A program made the position numbers and the translations under genes. Source: Akkermansiaceae bacterium (GTDB taxonomy: Bacteria; Verrucomicrobiota; Verrucomicrobiia; Verrucomicrobiales; Akkermansiaceae). Taken from it: DNA of 64,000 bases. Shown here piece after piece: positions 43,458 through 55,615 of the stretch. Location of the stretch: positions 2,047,263 through 2,111,262 of the forward strand of contig JAXGLL010000001.1 of assembly GCA_040769225.1 (NCBI GenBank). Direction: 5' to 3'. The first letter of the stretch is position 1, and each line of letters starts with the position of its first letter. The notes below the pieces were generated by a model. It searched no databases and was not told the origin of the DNA. It was given only the letters and a program-made list of their open reading frames with translations.

Positions 43458-43829
43458 TCACTGGGGCTCGCCCGGGTCGGCGGGCGGCGCGGTCGGCAGC
43501 TTCTCGATCTCCTCAAGCAGGCGCACGATGTCAACCCCCCGCGCCGCCGAGTCGTCGAGCCGGAAGTCGAGCACCGGCGTCGACTTGAGCACCACCCGCC
43601 GCATCACCTTGTTCTGGATGAACCCGTGCTGGCCGTTGAGCCGGTCGAGCACCTCGCCGGCGTCCCCCTCGCCGAGCACCCCGACCCACACCTTGGCCTC
43701 CTTGAAGTCCTGGGTGACCTCGACCTCGTTGACCGTCACCAGCCGGCCCGGAAACTCGAAGTCGCGCTGCAGCACCGCGCTGATCTCGCGCTTGAGCAGC
43801 TCGTTGACGCGGTCGCAGCGGCGGGACAT
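43458..43829 (-). CDS. rbfA: Ribosome-binding factor A
   Basis: RVNELLKREISAVLQRDF...LVTVNEVEVTQDFKEAKVWV. Confidence 0.85.
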   Translation of the reverse strand: MSRRCDRVNELLKREISAVLQRDFEFPGRLVTVNEVEVTQDFKEAKVWVGVLGEGDAGEVLDRLNGQHGFIQNKVMRRVVLKSTPVLDFRLDDSAARGVDIVRLLEEIEKLPTAPPADPGEPQ

Positions 43830-43927
43830 GGGCTGATGTTTGTTCGTGTTCCGTTTTCCGTTTTCCGCCGGGATCCGCGCCGCGTGTCCTGCTGCGGAAC
43901 ACGGAACACGGGCAAACGGACAAACCT

Positions 43928-46054
43928 CTACAGCGACTGCTCGATCTTATCCAACAGGTAGCACTCGATCACGTCGCCGGCCTCGTACTCGTTGAACTCG
44001 CCGAGGCGGATGCCGCACTCGAGGCCCTGCTTGACCTCCTCGACCTCGTCCTGGAAGCGCCGCAGGGTGGACATCTTGCCGTCGAACACCGGCTGGCCGT
44101 CGCGCAGCACCCGGGCGTGGGCGCTGCGGTTGACCTTGCCGTCCCTGACCACGCAGCCGGCGGCCCGGCCGCGCACCAGCCGGAACACCTGCATCACCTC
44201 GGCGTGGCCGATCACCGTCTCGCGGGTCTCCGGCTCCAGCAGGCCGAGCATCGCCTCGCGCACCTGGTCGATCAGCTCGTAGACGATCGAGTAGAGCTTG
44301 ACCTGCACGCCGGACGACTTGGCCAGCCTGACGGCGTTGGGCTCGACCTTGACGTTGAACCCGAGCACCACCGCCTCGGCCGAGTCGGCCAGCAGGATGT
44401 CCGACTCGTTGATCGGGCCGGCCGCGGTGTGGATGAAGCTGGCCGCCACCTTGTCGGACTTGATGCCGCTGACCGCGGTGCGGATGGCCTCCACCGAGCC
44501 CTGGACGTCGCCCTTGAGGACGAGGTTGAGGCGGGCCTTGCCGCCGCCCTCGGCCACCTGGCTGAGCAGGTTGTCGAGCCGCGCGCGGCTCGGCGTCTGC
44601 AGCCGCTCGGCGCGCAGTTCCTTCTGGCGCTCCTCGGCCAGCCTGCGGGCGGCGCGTTCGTTCTCCATCTCGACCAGCTCGTCGCCGACGTTGGGCAGTT
44701 CCTCGAAGCCGAGCACCTCGACCGGGGTGGCCGGGCCGGCGGCCTTGACCGGCTCGCCGCGGTCGTTGATCAGCAGCCGGATCTTGCCGCAGTAGGGGCC
44801 GCAGATGAAGGGGGTGCCCGCCTTGAGGGTGCCGGAGTGGACGATCACGGTGGCGGCCGGCCCGCGGCCCGGCTGGAAGCGCGCCTCGATCACCGCGGCG
44901 CGGCCGGTGCCCGAGGGGTTGGCGCGCAGTTCGAGCACCTCGGCCTGCAGCGCCATCAGTTCCAACAGCTGGTCCATCCCCTGGCCGGTGACCGCCGAGA
45001 CCTCGACGAACTCGGTGTCGCCGCCGAAGTCGGTGGTCTGCAGCCCGCGCTCGGCCAGCTGGGTCTTGGCCCGCAGCGGGTTGGCGCCGGGCAGGTCGCA
45101 CTTGTTGATCGCCACGATGATCGTCTTGCCGGCGGCCTTGGCGTGGCTGATCGCCTCGAGGGTCTGCGGCATGACCCCGTCGTCGGCGGCCACCACCAGC
45201 ACCACGATGTCGGTGACGTCCGCCCCGCGGGCGCGCATCTCGGTGAAGATCGCGTGGCCCGGGGTGTCGATGAAGGTGATCGGCTTGCCGTCGTGGACGA
45301 CCTGATAGGAACCGATGTGCTGGGTGATGCCCCCGGCCTCGCCGGCGGCGACGCGGGACTTGCGGATGAAGTCGAGCAGGGAGGTCTTGCCGTGGTCGAC
45401 GTGGCCCATGAAGGTGATGATCGGGGCGCGCAGGCGGAGCTTGTCCTCGGGCTCGGCCTCGGGGGCGGGGGGCTCGGAGATCACCTCCTCCTCCTTGTGG
45501 ACGCCGGCGCCCTTTTCGCGCTTCTCGCGCTCGAACACGAACCCGTGCTTCTCGCAGACCTTGGCCGCGATCTCGGCGTCGATCGCCGCCGTCGGCGCCA
45601 CGAACACCTGCAGCTGGATCAGGTCCGCCATGATCTGGAACGGCCTGAGCCCGAGGCGCTCGGCCAGCTCGTTGACGATGATCGGCGGCTTGATGCTGAT
45701 CACGTTGCCCTCCGGGCCCTCGGAGTCCTCGGGTTCCGGTGGTGCGGCGGCCTCGGCCGGCGCGGGTGCGGGCGCCACCGGCTGGCGGACCATCTCGGGG
45801 TCCGGCGTTTCGAGCAGCCGGGAGATCGACGGCAGGGCGCTCTTGCCCGACTTCGCGGTCTTGTGGATGCCGCGGTTCTTGTCGGATTCGTCGAAGAGGT
45901 CGAGGGCCTGTTTCTTGGCATCCTCGATTGATGGGTGCTGCGCCGCTTCCCGCCGCTGCCGCTCGCGCCGCGACGGTCGTTCGTCCGGCGAGTCGATCAG
46001 GTTCAGGACCTCGCGCTTCGGTGGGGGGCTCTCGCTGTCGCTCTGTTCGGGCAT
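43928..46054 (-). CDS. infB: Translation initiation factor IF-2
   Basis: The GTPase motifs [17 protein letters not shown] and NKCD are present. The gene is trimmed to MPEQSDSES, because the upstream ORF extension is Arg/Pro junk. Confidence 0.9.
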   Translation of the reverse strand: MPEQSDSESPPPKREVLNLIDSPDERPSRRERQRREAAQHPSIEDAKKQALDLFDESDKNRGIHKTAKSGKSALPSISRLLETPDPEMVRQPVAPAPAPAEAAAPPEPEDSEGPEGNVISIKPPIIVNELAERLGLRPFQIMADLIQLQVFVAPTAAIDAEIAAKVCEKHGFVFEREKREKGAGVHKEEEVISEPPAPEAEPEDKLRLRAPIITFMGHVDHGKTSLLDFIRKSRVAAGEAGGITQHIGSYQVVHDGKPITFIDTPGHAIFTEMRARGADVTDIVVLVVAADDGVMPQTLEAISHAKAAGKTIIVAINKCDLPGANPLRAKTQLAERGLQTTDFGGDTEFVEVSAVTGQGMDQLLELMALQAEVLELRANPSGTGRAAVIEARFQPGRGPAATVIVHSGTLKAGTPFICGPYCGKIRLLINDRGEPVKAAGPATPVEVLGFEELPNVGDELVEMENERAARRLAEERQKELRAERLQTPSRARLDNLLSQVAEGGGKARLNLVLKGDVQGSVEAIRTAVSGIKSDKVAASFIHTAAGPINESDILLADSAEAVVLGFNVKVEPNAVRLAKSSGVQVKLYSIVYELIDQVREAMLGLLEPETRETVIGHAEVMQVFRLVRGRAAGCVVRDGKVNRSAHARVLRDGQPVFDGKMSTLRRFQDEVEEVKQGLECGIRLGEFNEYEAGDVIECYLLDKIEQSL

Positions 46055-46112
46055 CAGGTGGTTTGCGGGGGTGTGCGCCCGCGGCTGCGGGCCGCGGGGT
46101 GGGGGACGTCGG

Positions 46113-47570
46113 TCACGGGTGCGGGGGCGACCCGTCGGTCGCGGCGGGCACCGGTTCCGCGGCCGCATCACTGGCCACGTCCCCGGCGTCTTCGGAATCA
46201 TCCGCGGCGCCCTCGGAATCATCCGCGGCGTCGTCGGCATCGTCCGCGGGTGTGGGCGGGGCGGGCTCGTCGGCGCGGTCGGCGGCGGGCGGCGGCTCCT
46301 CGGCCGGCTCCATCCCAAGCGCCTGGCGCGCGCTGGCAAGCAGGACGGCGGCGTCCTCCTCGCTCAGGCCGGTGGCCGAGGCGACGTAGTCGGCGGGCAT
46401 CTGGACGATCAGGTCGAGGTTCAAGCCGCCGGCCTCGATCAGCTTCTCGGCGGTCTCGCCGCTGATCTCGAGGATGTCGACCAGGCCCTGGGCGGCGTCG
46501 GACACCTGGGCCTGGAAGCGCTCGGCCTCGCTCTCGTCGCGGCGCACCTGCACGTCCCAGCCGAGCAGGCGCGAGGAGAGGCGCGCGTTCTGGCCGCGGC
46601 GGCCGATCGCCTTGCTCAGGTCGGCCTCGTCGACGGTCACGTTGATGACGTGCTTCTCGTCGTCGAGGGCGATCGACTTGAGGGTCGCCGGCTTGAGGGC
46701 GTCGGCGACGAACTCGCGCGGGTCCTCGCTCCAGCGGATGATGTCGACCTTCTCGTTGTTGAGTTCGCGGACGATGTTCTTGACCCGTGCCCCGCGCAGG
46801 CCGACGCAGGCGCCGACCGGGTCGACCTTGGAGTCGTTCGAGTGCACCGCCACCTTGGTGCGGTAGCCGGCCTCGCGGGCGATCCCGCGGATCTCCACGG
46901 TGCGGTCGGAGATCTCGCTGACCTCGGCCTCGAACAGGCGCCGCACGAAGTTCGGGTGGCTGCGGGAGAGGATGATCTCCGGGCCGCGGCCCTCGTTCTC
47001 CACCGCCACCACGTAGGCGCGGATCCGGTCGCCGATGTTGTACTCCTCGGTGGCGACGCGCTCGCGCGAGGGCATGCAGCCCTCGAACTTGCCGAGGTCG
47101 ATCATCACGTCGCTGCGCTCGAAGCGCCGGACGGTGCCCGATACGATGTCGCCGGCCCGGTCCTTGAACTCCTCGTAGATCATCTCCTTCTCGGCCTGGC
47201 GCAGCCGCTGCATCATCGTCTGCTTGGCGGTCTGCACCGCGATCCGCCCGAAGTCCTTGGGGGTGACGTTGAACTCCATCACCTCACCCGCCGCGGCCTC
47301 GGCGTTCTTCCTGCGGGCGGTGGACAGCGGCACCTCGTTGAACTTGTCCTGGCACTCCTCGTCGGGCACCACCTTGAGCGAGGCGAAGATCCGGGTCTGG
47401 CCCTTGCGCATGTCGACTTCCGCGCGCAGGACCTCGATCGCCTCGGCGCCGGGAACCATCCGCCGGTAGGCCGAGATGAACGCGAACTCCAAGGCCTCGA
47501 TCACCTTGCGGCGCTCGATTCCCTTCTCCTTCTCGTAGTAGTCGATGAGGGCGACGATGTCGTTGGTCAT
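46113..47570 (-). CDS. nusA: Transcription termination/antitermination factor NusA
   Basis: [18 protein letters not shown]...S1 and KH domains ([27 protein letters not shown]) and an acidic tail. It lies upstream of infB. Confidence 0.9.
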   Translation of the reverse strand: MTNDIVALIDYYEKEKGIERRKVIEALEFAFISAYRRMVPGAEAIEVLRAEVDMRKGQTRIFASLKVVPDEECQDKFNEVPLSTARRKNAEAAAGEVMEFNVTPKDFGRIAVQTAKQTMMQRLRQAEKEMIYEEFKDRAGDIVSGTVRRFERSDVMIDLGKFEGCMPSRERVATEEYNIGDRIRAYVVAVENEGRGPEIILSRSHPNFVRRLFEAEVSEISDRTVEIRGIAREAGYRTKVAVHSNDSKVDPVGACVGLRGARVKNIVRELNNEKVDIIRWSEDPREFVADALKPATLKSIALDDEKHVINVTVDEADLSKAIGRRGQNARLSSRLLGWDVQVRRDESEAERFQAQVSDAAQGLVDILEISGETAEKLIEAGGLNLDLIVQMPADYVASATGLSEEDAAVLLASARQALGMEPAEEPPPAADRADEPAPPTPADDADDAADDSEGAADDSEDAGDVASDAAAEPVPAATDGSPPHP

Positions 47571-47774
47571 GGCTTGCCGCGGGTTGGTCGCCACCGCGAT
47601 TCGCGGAGACGCAAAGGAGTGGGTCGGGACCCACTCCTTCCTTGCGTCAAGAGTTGATTCGTTGGCGGCTGAATAGCGCCGCCACCCGCCGCTTGCAAGC
47701 CCAAAGTCCGGCCCAAAGTCCGCCCGCGGCACGGCGCAGGACCCGGCCCGCAGCGCGGCCCGCGGCCACCCGCC

Positions 47775-48584
47775 CTACTCCGCGGCCGCCAGCCGGCGCC
47801 AGCGGATCCCGCGCAGCTCGGCGCCCGTGTTCCAGGTGGCCAGCCCGAACGGCGCGCACGCGTCGATCGGCCCGGGCCGCAACGCCAGCCGCCGGTTGCG
47901 GGTCGACACCTCGATCACCGGCTGGTCGTCGATCCACGCGGCCAGCTGCTCGTCGGCAAAGCGCAACCGGATCCGGTACCACCGGTCGTCCTCGAAGGTG
48001 CGGGTGGTGCCGGTTTCATTCTCCGAGGCATCGAGGTCGTCGAGGCTCGAGATCCCCACCAGCATGCCGCCCCAGCCGCCGACGATCAGCGAGACGCACT
48101 CCCGCTCCGTGCGCGTCGGTACCGTCAGCCCGCAGAAGAAGTCGTGCCCATCGGTGCGCCGCGCCTCCAGTTCCACCTCGAACGGCGCGCCCGGCACCGC
48201 GCCGGTCCAACGCACCCCCGCCAAGTCGTATCCCGCCGGGATCCGCAGCACCCCGGCCGCCTCGTCCCACCCACCCTTGTCCCCAGCCACCACCTGCCAC
48301 TCCCCCCCGGCCCCCGGCCGACAGTCGATCCACCCCGCCGCGTCGGGCGCCGGCGCCGCCACCGGTGCCGGCGCCGGTGTCGGATCCGGCGCCGGTGTCG
48401 GATCCGGTGTCGGATCCGGTGTCGGAGCCGCCGGTTCAGGAGTCGGTGCTTGAGTTGCAGGCGCCGGCGCCGCTGCCCCGCCCGCCGGCTCCATGCCGCC
48501 GGCCGCCGTGTCGCCCGCCGGCCGGCAGCCAGCGCCCGCCAGCACCGCCAGCACCAGCCACCAGCCCCACCGCCCCGTCCGCAT
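47775..48584 (-). CDS. DUF1080 (3-keto-disaccharide hydrolase-like) lipoprotein
   Basis: A lipoprotein signal ...LAGAGC, a Pro/Thr linker, and GEWQVVAGDKGGWDEAAGVL...FEVELEARR...W.RIR.RF. Confidence 0.55.
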   Translation of the reverse strand: MRTGRWGWWLVLAVLAGAGCRPAGDTAAGGMEPAGGAAAPAPATQAPTPEPAAPTPDPTPDPTPAPDPTPAPAPVAAPAPDAAGWIDCRPGAGGEWQVVAGDKGGWDEAAGVLRIPAGYDLAGVRWTGAVPGAPFEVELEARRTDGHDFFCGLTVPTRTERECVSLIVGGWGGMLVGISSLDDLDASENETGTTRTFEDDRWYRIRLRFADEQLAAWIDDQPVIEVSTRNRRLALRPGPIDACAPFGLATWNTGAELRGIRWRRLAAAE

Positions 48585-48775
48585 GCCGTGTCGTCCGTTC
48601 ACCCCGCCATCTTGCCTTGCCCTTGCGCCGATGCAAAGCCGCCATATCGTCCCCCGGGCCGAAGCCGCCACGGCGACGCCGGCGCCGCATGGACGATCCG
48701 CAGATTGACCCGCAGATTGCCCTTGCCTCGCCCGCACCCCGCCCCTATACCTCCGGCCCCGCCGCGACCCACCCT

Positions 48776-48851
48776 GCGGGGATAGCTCAGCTGGTAGAGC
48801 AGTTGGCTTTTAACCAATTGGTCCTGGGTTCGAGTCCCAGTCCCCGTACCA
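48776..48851 (+). tRNA. tRNA-Lys (anticodon UUU)
   Basis: GCGGGGATAGCTCAGCTGGTAGAGCAGTTGGCTTTTAACCAATTGGTCCTGGGTTCGAGTCCCAGTCCCCGTACCA folds as a cloverleaf with anticodon loop cTTTTaa and a GTTCGAGTC T-loop. The CCA end is encoded. Confidence 0.85.
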
Positions 48852-48923
48852 CCCCCCAATCCATTCATTTTCAATGGATTCCGGCGATGCGCAGGCCCTC
48901 AGGTTGACACCTCACCCCGGGTC

Positions 48924-49571
48924 ATGGACGGGGGTGGTGGCAAATTGGTGACAACTCAGCGGGTCGCCCGTGCTCAACGGCGCCAAACCGCGAGCCCACG
49001 GGTGGATGGGAAGGGCAAGGGCAAGCCTGTTACGGTGATGAAGTTCGGCTGCGCCTCGGTGCCGGTCTATCGGCTGGTCGAAGGTAACCGGGTCCGCTTT
49101 CTGGTCGCCCACTACCGCGACGGCAAACGGCTTCGCCAGACCTTCCGCACCCTTGAAGCCGCCAAAAAGGAGGCCAAGTTCGTTGCGCAGCGAATCCAGA
49201 GCGGCATGCAGCACGTCACCGACCTGAAGCCCCACGAGCGCGACAGCTACGTGAAGGCGGTCGATCTGCTCGCCGAGCTGGATATTCCCCTGGTCGCCGC
49301 GGTCGAGGACTACGTGCAGGCCCGCAAGCTCGCCGACGGCGAATCGCTCGCCTCGATCATCGGCGACTATCGCAAGGTCTTCCGGCCGCTGAGCCGCCGG
49401 GCAAAGGTCCCCGAGATCGTCGCCGAGCTGTTCGTCGCCCGTACTCAGGACGGCGCCAGCCGGCAGTACCTGTCGAACCTCCGCACGGTCCTCCACCGCT
49501 TCGCCGCCGCCTTCCCGGACGAGATCCTCACCATCACCTCGTCGGACATCGACGGCTGGCTGCGTGGCCTT
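48924..49571 (+). pseudogene. Tyrosine-recombinase (phage integrase) N-terminal remnant, catalytic domain missing
   Basis: MKFGCASVPVYRLVEGNRVRFLVAHYRDGKRLRQTF... is arm-binding/SAM-like. The coding signal ends near 49570 and the rest of the ORF is junk. It is directly downstream of tRNA-Lys. Confidence 0.6.
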
Positions 49572-50186
49572 TGCCGTGGTCATGATCAACACGGTGCCAT
49601 CCTCACCATCGCCTTCGCCGCGAAGCACGACGCCGGAGGAAACGATGATCGGGCCGTTGATGAAATGGGTTCCACGCTTGAGCAGGACCGCACCGCGGAT
49701 GCCATCGGGATTGGGTTCCAGTCCGGCGACACGGTCGATGGCGGCCTGGATCTCGGCACGACTGTCCTTGCCTTGGGGGTAGGCCATGTTGCCCACCTTG
49801 ACGGCTTGGTTGGAATGCGGGTCGAGAGTGACGACGACGGACACCATGGGAATCGGCACGCTGCTGTTCCTGTAGCCACAGTAGGACCAATCCATCAGTT
49901 TGTCGCCCTTGTCGGAAAACGGGCGGTAGGAGAGCTTGCGATCGGGTCCCATGGCAATGAGGGGCGCAATGGGGCTGGGAACGAACTCGTATCGCGTGAT
50001 TTCGGCGGGCCCGGGCTTGGCCCGTGATTCAGGGAGTGGCTCGGGGCGATCTTCGGGGGAGGGCAGATGGGGATTCCCCTTGCCCGGAGTGCTGCTGCCT
50101 GGGCAGCGCGAGCAGAGCGTGGCCCCGCGCTTTTCGAGTTCCGCCAGCGTGATGCGCTCCATCCTGGCTCTTTCCTCATCGGGCAT
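49557..50186 (-). pseudogene. Pectate-lyase-superfamily (beta-helix) gene, N-terminal portion only
   Basis: AYPQGKDSRAEIQAAIDRVAG...GAVLLKRGTHFINGPIIVSSGVVLRGEGDGEDGTVLIMT. The coding signal stops at the same ~49565 breakpoint as the integrase remnant. Confidence 0.5.
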
Positions 50187-50342
50187 TCTCTTGAAGCGGG
50201 AGCAAGCCTCAAGCGGGTGCCTCCTTGAGGCCATGCAACTGGTATTAGCGCTGCCACTGGATTCAGAGGATCCCGCCTGCGATGAGCAGGAAACCTGGAG
50301 GCCGAATGCGCGCAGCACGCCGGTGATGGTTGAAGCTTGAAT

Positions 50343-50408
50343 GCGGATTGGATGCCGGGTTGTCGCCCGGCACCCCAACAATCAACAATCGTCAATCATC
50401 AATCAGGG
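50343..50408. repeat. GATTGATG/CATCAATC palindromic element, copy 3 (partial)
   Basis: gcggattggatgccgggttgtcgcccggcaccccaacaatcaacaatcgtcaatcatcaatcagg. Confidence 0.5.
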
Positions 50409-50444
50409 GCGCATTCCGATCATCCACCGCCTGCCTGGCGGACC

Positions 50445-51638
50445 TCACTGCTCCTCCCGTGCCTGCCAGAAGGTGCTGCCGGAACCGCCGCCGCCGGGCT
50501 CGCAATCGATCCGGTGCCGCCATGGGGTGGAGTCCACCCGCACGACCCCTGGCCAGCCCACGGCCCGGGTCCAGGTCTGGAGGTCGGGTGAATGGAACAG
50601 TGCGGCGGCCGCCGGCCACCTGCGGTGGATCGTCAGCACCAGCGGGCCGGCCTGGTCTTCGCGTGTCAGATCGAGCCGCAGCGGCACCTCGGTGAACACC
50701 TTGCCCGGGATTCCGGCGAAATGCCCGGCGTAGATCTCCGAGACGATGGCGACCACGCCCTTCCGCTCGCCGGTCTGCTGCTCGTGCGCCAGATCCGGAT
50801 AGAAGAGGCCGAACAGCTTGTCGCCGTAGAAGACCGGGGCGCCCACGAGGCCGTTCGGGTCGCCGGGTTGGCCGGATCCCATGATGAACTGGTCGATCTC
50901 GCTCACGGGCCCGGTAGCCGTGGCCAGGTGGATGGGCGCCGGCCCGGCGGAGCCGAAGATGCTGAACTGCGCATCCGACACGTTCTCCCACCGCGGGTCG
51001 GCGACCGGGTTTGCGGGATCGAACGATTTTCCGGGGAAATTCCACCAGGTCTCGACGGCGACCCCTGTGAGCGGTGACTCGAGTTCCCCCACCGCGAAAC
51101 AGAGGCCGAACGGCAGCAACCCCCACATCAGCACCGGCTTGATGTCGGCCACCGCCCGGGCCTCGCCATTGCCGAATGTCAGCACGGTTCCAATCTGCGC
51201 GGGGAATGCCTGCGAGGTCAGGAAATAGCGGCCGGTCGGCTCGATCAGCGAGGCCCAGCGCCAGGTTTCCGGGTCGGCGGTGCTGACGCCGACGCGTGCG
51301 GGCTGGCCGGACAAGGGCAGCAACCTGCAGTCGTCAAGGGCCGCCTGGGCCAGCTCCAGGCAGGACAGGCACGCCGCCAGGTGCGCCTGCGCGGCTGCCA
51401 GGGCGGCGCTCGCATCATCCAACTCCCGCTGAGTCGCCGCTCCCTGCTGGAACAGGTTCGCCACCCGTTCGTAAGTCCCCGCAGCCAGATCCGCCTCGGC
51501 CTGCGCCTCGTCGGTCACCGCCTGCACCAGGGCAAGGCCCTCCTCCTCGTACTCGCACAGCGCCCGGACCGCGGGCGCGGACGCACCCAGCAGGGCCAGA
51601 CCCGAAACAATTCCGCACGCCACCAGGTTCCGGTTCAT
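50445..51638 (-). CDS. Secreted hypothetical protein (398 aa)
   Basis: Signal peptide MNRNLVACGIVSGLALLGASAPA, GC3-rich codons, no recognised domain. Confidence 0.5.
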   Translation of the reverse strand: MNRNLVACGIVSGLALLGASAPAVRALCEYEEEGLALVQAVTDEAQAEADLAAGTYERVANLFQQGAATQRELDDASAALAAAQAHLAACLSCLELAQAALDDCRLLPLSGQPARVGVSTADPETWRWASLIEPTGRYFLTSQAFPAQIGTVLTFGNGEARAVADIKPVLMWGLLPFGLCFAVGELESPLTGVAVETWWNFPGKSFDPANPVADPRWENVSDAQFSIFGSAGPAPIHLATATGPVSEIDQFIMGSGQPGDPNGLVGAPVFYGDKLFGLFYPDLAHEQQTGERKGVVAIVSEIYAGHFAGIPGKVFTEVPLRLDLTREDQAGPLVLTIHRRWPAAAALFHSPDLQTWTRAVGWPGVVRVDSTPWRHRIDCEPGGGGSGSTFWQAREEQ

Positions 51639-51775
51639 TTGACTGTTAGATTTGGGTTGCCATGCGGGCGCGTGGTTGGCCGGCCATGGATCGCGGTGGT
51701 GGCGGGAATGCCGCCGCGTGCGGCCTCCGCCCCGCATCCATGGGTATCGTGGCGGGGGCCGGGGCGCGCTTCAAG

Positions 51776-51850
51776 ATTGAAAGACGCTTTTCGGGTTGGC
51801 CGCGACCGGACCTCCCGAGGGTGGCTCAAGGATCGGGCGGGAGGGGGTTC
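51776..51850. ncRNA. Conserved ~75-nt intergenic element, copy A (also at 57806-57885)
   Basis: attgaaagacgcttttcgggttggccgcgaccgg...gatcgggcgggagggggttcgg is shared with the 57.8-kb copy. Confidence 0.35.
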
Positions 51851-51988
51851 GGATCTTCCTGGAGCGGAAGACCTGGAGGCCGACGCCGTTGACGTTGGAG
51901 AAGACGTGGAACATTCGCCTGCAACAGGAGCAGTCCCGCCAGCAGCGGCAATCCGGGTCGCAGCTTCATGATGGCGCGGCCCTGCCGC

Positions 51989-54900
51989 TCAGGGTTGGAA
52001 CTCGAACACGCGGAACAACTTCACCGGGTCGACCGCCGGGTCGCTGGTGGTGGTCCACGGCGAGGCGACATCGATGGCGATGGTGGTCCAGCTGCCGGGC
52101 TGGCCGGTGGGCGAGGCTTCGATGTCGTTGGTGCCGTCTCCGCCGCTCCAGCTCAACCGCCACGTGGCGGGCCCGGTGCGCGCGATCCTCAGGTCGCGTG
52201 GCGGCGGCACGCTGCCGGCATCGAGCGGGTCGCTGCCGTAGCGAACCTCGTCGCCGTCGCTGTGGCCGTCGCGGTCGGTGTCGGCGACCAGCGCGTTGGT
52301 GGAGTGGGTGTTGAGCTCGAGGTTGTCGTCGAGCCCGTCGCCGTCGGTGTCGGCGAGGCCGGGGTTGGTGCCGGGGCCGTTGAACTCGTCCTCGTTGGTC
52401 AGGCCGTCGCCGTCCTCGTCGAGGTCGTCGTCGGCGGCGATGGCGCTGTCGAGGAACGGATAGAGGTCCTCGTACCAGTCGGCGATGCCGCCGCCGTCGG
52501 TGTCGGTGTCGTCGCGGACGCCGAACAGCTCGATCTCGCCGAGCTGGTGGGCGGTCAGGTTCGGGCCGCGCACCTGGGTGACGGAGTAGCGGAACCACCT
52601 GAACGGGGCCGAGGGGGCCGGCAGGTCGAAGCGCAGCGTCTGGTCGCGGGTGGTCCACGGCGCGCCGAGGTAGGTGGCGTCGTTGCTGCCGGGGGCCGGA
52701 TAGACGTCGGTCCAGGTCACCCCGTCGTTCGATCCCTGGAGCGCCCAGGCGGCCGGGTCGCGTTCCGGCGAGTCGTTGCCGCAGGTGATGGTGAAGTGGG
52801 TCAGGGTGAACGACGCGGCGAACTGCACCGCGATTTGTTGCGGTGCGGGGTCGCAGCACCACTTGCTGTTGCCGCCGCCGACCTGGTTGTCGAAGACGTC
52901 CCACGCGCCCTCGCCCGGGTTGCCGTTCACGCCGCCGAAGTAGTTCTCGCTGCTGGCGGAGACGTTGGCGAACGCGAAGCCGGTGGTCCACGGAGTCATG
53001 CTTTCGACGCCGTCGTCCTGCGGGTCGGTGATGTCGCCGGTGAGCAGGCCGCCGGCATCGGTGATCCTGGTCAGGAACGGCAGGTCCAGTTCGTCGCCCG
53101 GGTCCGAGCCCTCGGCGACCTCGACGTTGTCGGCGAAGCTGTCGCCGTCGCTGTCCAGCGACGTCGGGCTGGAGCCGTGGATGTTCACCTCGTCGCCGTC
53201 GACGAGGCCGTCGCCGTCGCTGTCGCGCACCAGCGGGAGCGAGCCGTAGGTGTTGAGCTCCTCGCCGTCCGTCAGCCCGTCGTTGTCGGTGTCGTCGCCG
53301 TTCGGGTCGGTGCCGTTGGCGGCCTCCTGGACGGCCGTCAGGCCGTCGCCGTCGAGGTCGGACAGGTCGTCGGTGCCGTCGTCGTTGGGGTCGAGCCCGA
53401 CGGCGGCCTCGTAGATGTCGAGCAGCCCGCCGCCGTCGCTGTCGACCGGGTTGGTGGCGCCGAAGTATTCGATCTCGTTGATCTGGTGGTCGGGGCCGGA
53501 ACGGACGGCGTCGACCTGGTAGCGGACATGGGTGTAGGTCGCGCTCGGCACCGGCAGGCGGAAGCGGACCACCTGGTCGCGGGCGGTCCACATCGCGGTG
53601 CCGGGCGGGTCGACGCGGCTGTAGATCGGGGTGAAGTTGGTGCCGTCGTTGGAGCCGTAGATCCCCCAGATCCGGGGGTCGCGTTCGGGCGAGTCGTTGC
53701 CGGAGGCGACGGTGAAGTGGGTGATGGCGGTCGGGCCCGCGAACTGCACGGTCACCCAGAGGGAGGCGCTGTTCTCGAACCACTTCGCCTCGCCGCCGCC
53801 GACCTTGTTGTCGAAGATGTCGTAGGCGCCCTCGTTGACGCCGTCGGGGGTGGCGTCGGAGAAGTAGGCCTTGGTCGAGTTGGTGGTGATGGCGGCCCAG
53901 TTGAAGTTGGCGCCGGCGGTGCCCTCGGTGTCGATGCCGTTGTTTTCGGGGTCGGTCAGGTCGCCGCCGAGCAGCGCGGCGGTGCCGGTCCCGAGGACCG
54001 AGTGGGTGGCGATGAAGGGCTTGTCGTCGGCGTCGTTCGGATCGCTGCCGTAGAGCGCCTCGGTGCCGTCGTCGGCCTCGTCATCGTCGCTGTCGGCGTC
54101 CGCCGGGTCGGTGATGTGGCCGTCGCTGCCGGCCGCGACCTCTTCCGGGTCGTCCAAGCCGTCGCCATCGGTGTCGACCAGCAGCGGGCTCGAACCGTGG
54201 AGGTTGACTTCGTCGCCGTTGCTGAGCCCGTCGCCGTCGGTGTCGTTGGTCGGGTCGACCGGGGCGGAGTCAATGTTGTCGTTCACCCCGTCGGCGTCGG
54301 TGTCGGCGAGGACCGGGCTGGTGACGCCGCCGTCCACCTCGGCCTTGTCCGAGAGCGTGTCGCCGTCGGTGTCGACCAGGGTCGGGTCGGTGCCGTAAAT
54401 GTTGTGCTCGGGACCGTCCGCCAATCCGTCGTTGTCGCTGTCAGGGTCGAGCGGGTCCGCGCCTGTTAGATACTCGTCGGCGTCGCTGAGCTGGTCGTTG
54501 TCGAAGTCGCTGGTATCGGGCAGGTTGTTGGGCCCCTTGACGTCTTCGAGCCCGTCGACGGCGTCGACCGGGTTGTAATTGATGATCTGCTGTTCCCAGA
54601 GGTCCGGCATGCCGTCGAGGTCGGTATCGCCGGCGGGGCCGATGTTGCGCACCTGGAACCCGCTGAGGCCGGGGTCGGTGGCGCCGCTGACGGTGATCGT
54701 CTGGGTGGCGGCGGTGGCGACGAACTCGCCGATGACCGCCCCGCCGCTGTCGCGGCGCATCCAGGCGCTGAAGCTCTGGGTCGGCTCGCCGTCGCCGTAG
54801 CGCTGCTCGCGCGCGTAGCAGCACGAGCGGTTGTCGGCGACGGTCCAGATCTGGATCTTGTGGATGTTGCCGATCGTCAGGCCGGTCAGCTGGAAGCTGA

Positions 54901-55222
54901 AGCCGCCGCCCAGATAGCTGTGGCTGCTGAACATCTCGTTCAGGCCGGCGTCGCCGGTGTTGATGTTGTAGAAGCCGAACGCGACGCCGTCCGCGTTGGA
55001 GCCTCCCGGGCCGGTGGGATTGGCGACGAAGGTGACGCCGTTGACGGTGGCGTTGGCGCTGTCGCCGCAGTTCTGGGCCACCACCAGCGTGCCTTCGGTC
55101 AGCGTGCCGGCGGCGGTGATGTTGTTGACCGGCGCCGACCAGGTGATCGGGGCGGCCTGCGCGACGCAGCTCGCGAGGCCGAGGCCGGCGAGCAGGTGGA
55201 TCGGGTTTGTTGTCCGTTTCAT
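51989..55222 (-). CDS. Giant secreted protein with thrombospondin type 3 Ca-binding repeats and two F5/8 type C (discoidin) domains
   Basis: A signal peptide, many D.DGDGL.D repeats, and two copies of FDN.VGGG..KW......V.VQFA....T.FT...[10 protein letters not shown]...GSNDG. Confidence 0.7.
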   Translation of the reverse strand: MKRTTNPIHLLAGLGLASCVAQAAPITWSAPVNNITAAGTLTEGTLVVAQNCGDSANATVNGVTFVANPTGPGGSNADGVAFGFYNINTGDAGLNEMFSSHSYLGGGFSFQLTGLTIGNIHKIQIWTVADNRSCCYAREQRYGDGEPTQSFSAWMRRDSGGAVIGEFVATAATQTITVSGATDPGLSGFQVRNIGPAGDTDLDGMPDLWEQQIINYNPVDAVDGLEDVKGPNNLPDTSDFDNDQLSDADEYLTGADPLDPDSDNDGLADGPEHNIYGTDPTLVDTDGDTLSDKAEVDGGVTSPVLADTDADGVNDNIDSAPVDPTNDTDGDGLSNGDEVNLHGSSPLLVDTDGDGLDDPEEVAAGSDGHITDPADADSDDDEADDGTEALYGSDPNDADDKPFIATHSVLGTGTAALLGGDLTDPENNGIDTEGTAGANFNWAAITTNSTKAYFSDATPDGVNEGAYDIFDNKVGGGEAKWFENSASLWVTVQFAGPTAITHFTVASGNDSPERDPRIWGIYGSNDGTNFTPIYSRVDPPGTAMWTARDQVVRFRLPVPSATYTHVRYQVDAVRSGPDHQINEIEYFGATNPVDSDGGGLLDIYEAAVGLDPNDDGTDDLSDLDGDGLTAVQEAANGTDPNGDDTDNDGLTDGEELNTYGSLPLVRDSDGDGLVDGDEVNIHGSSPTSLDSDGDSFADNVEVAEGSDPGDELDLPFLTRITDAGGLLTGDITDPQDDGVESMTPWTTGFAFANVSASSENYFGGVNGNPGEGAWDVFDNQVGGGNSKWCCDPAPQQIAVQFAASFTLTHFTITCGNDSPERDPAAWALQGSNDGVTWTDVYPAPGSNDATYLGAPWTTRDQTLRFDLPAPSAPFRWFRYSVTQVRGPNLTAHQLGEIELFGVRDDTDTDGGGIADWYEDLYPFLDSAIAADDDLDEDGDGLTNEDEFNGPGTNPGLADTDGDGLDDNLELNTHSTNALVADTDRDGHSDGDEVRYGSDPLDAGSVPPPRDLRIARTGPATWRLSWSGGDGTNDIEASPTGQPGSWTTIAIDVASPWTTTSDPAVDPVKLFRVFEFQP

Positions 55223-55615
55223 GGCAGAGGTGCCTTCCAAGGGCGGTTTGGGGGTTTCAGGGGAGGTAACCATGAACCATTACCCGATGCCGCTCCGGGG
55301 CGTCAATCCATGATCACGACGGCGCGCCCTGGTCCGCTGGCCCTCGGAACCTCCCCACGCTGCCGCGCGGGGAGCTTGCTCAGGACCAAATGAGACCTTG
55401 GTTGATGGAAAGCGGGTAGTTTGGCGGCGGCCGCGAACAGAAGCGGCCGGTTGACCTGCGGTGGCCGCCGCGGGTTGAATCGGGGAGCGGGTGACTTCGC
55501 ATGACCTGGAACCTTGGAGTTCGCGGGACAGCAGGAAGCACCCGCTCCCCACCTCACCTGCAATTCGAAGAGTTGCCTGAGCCTTCGAGCTCGAAGTCCC
55601 AAGGGAGAACCACAG

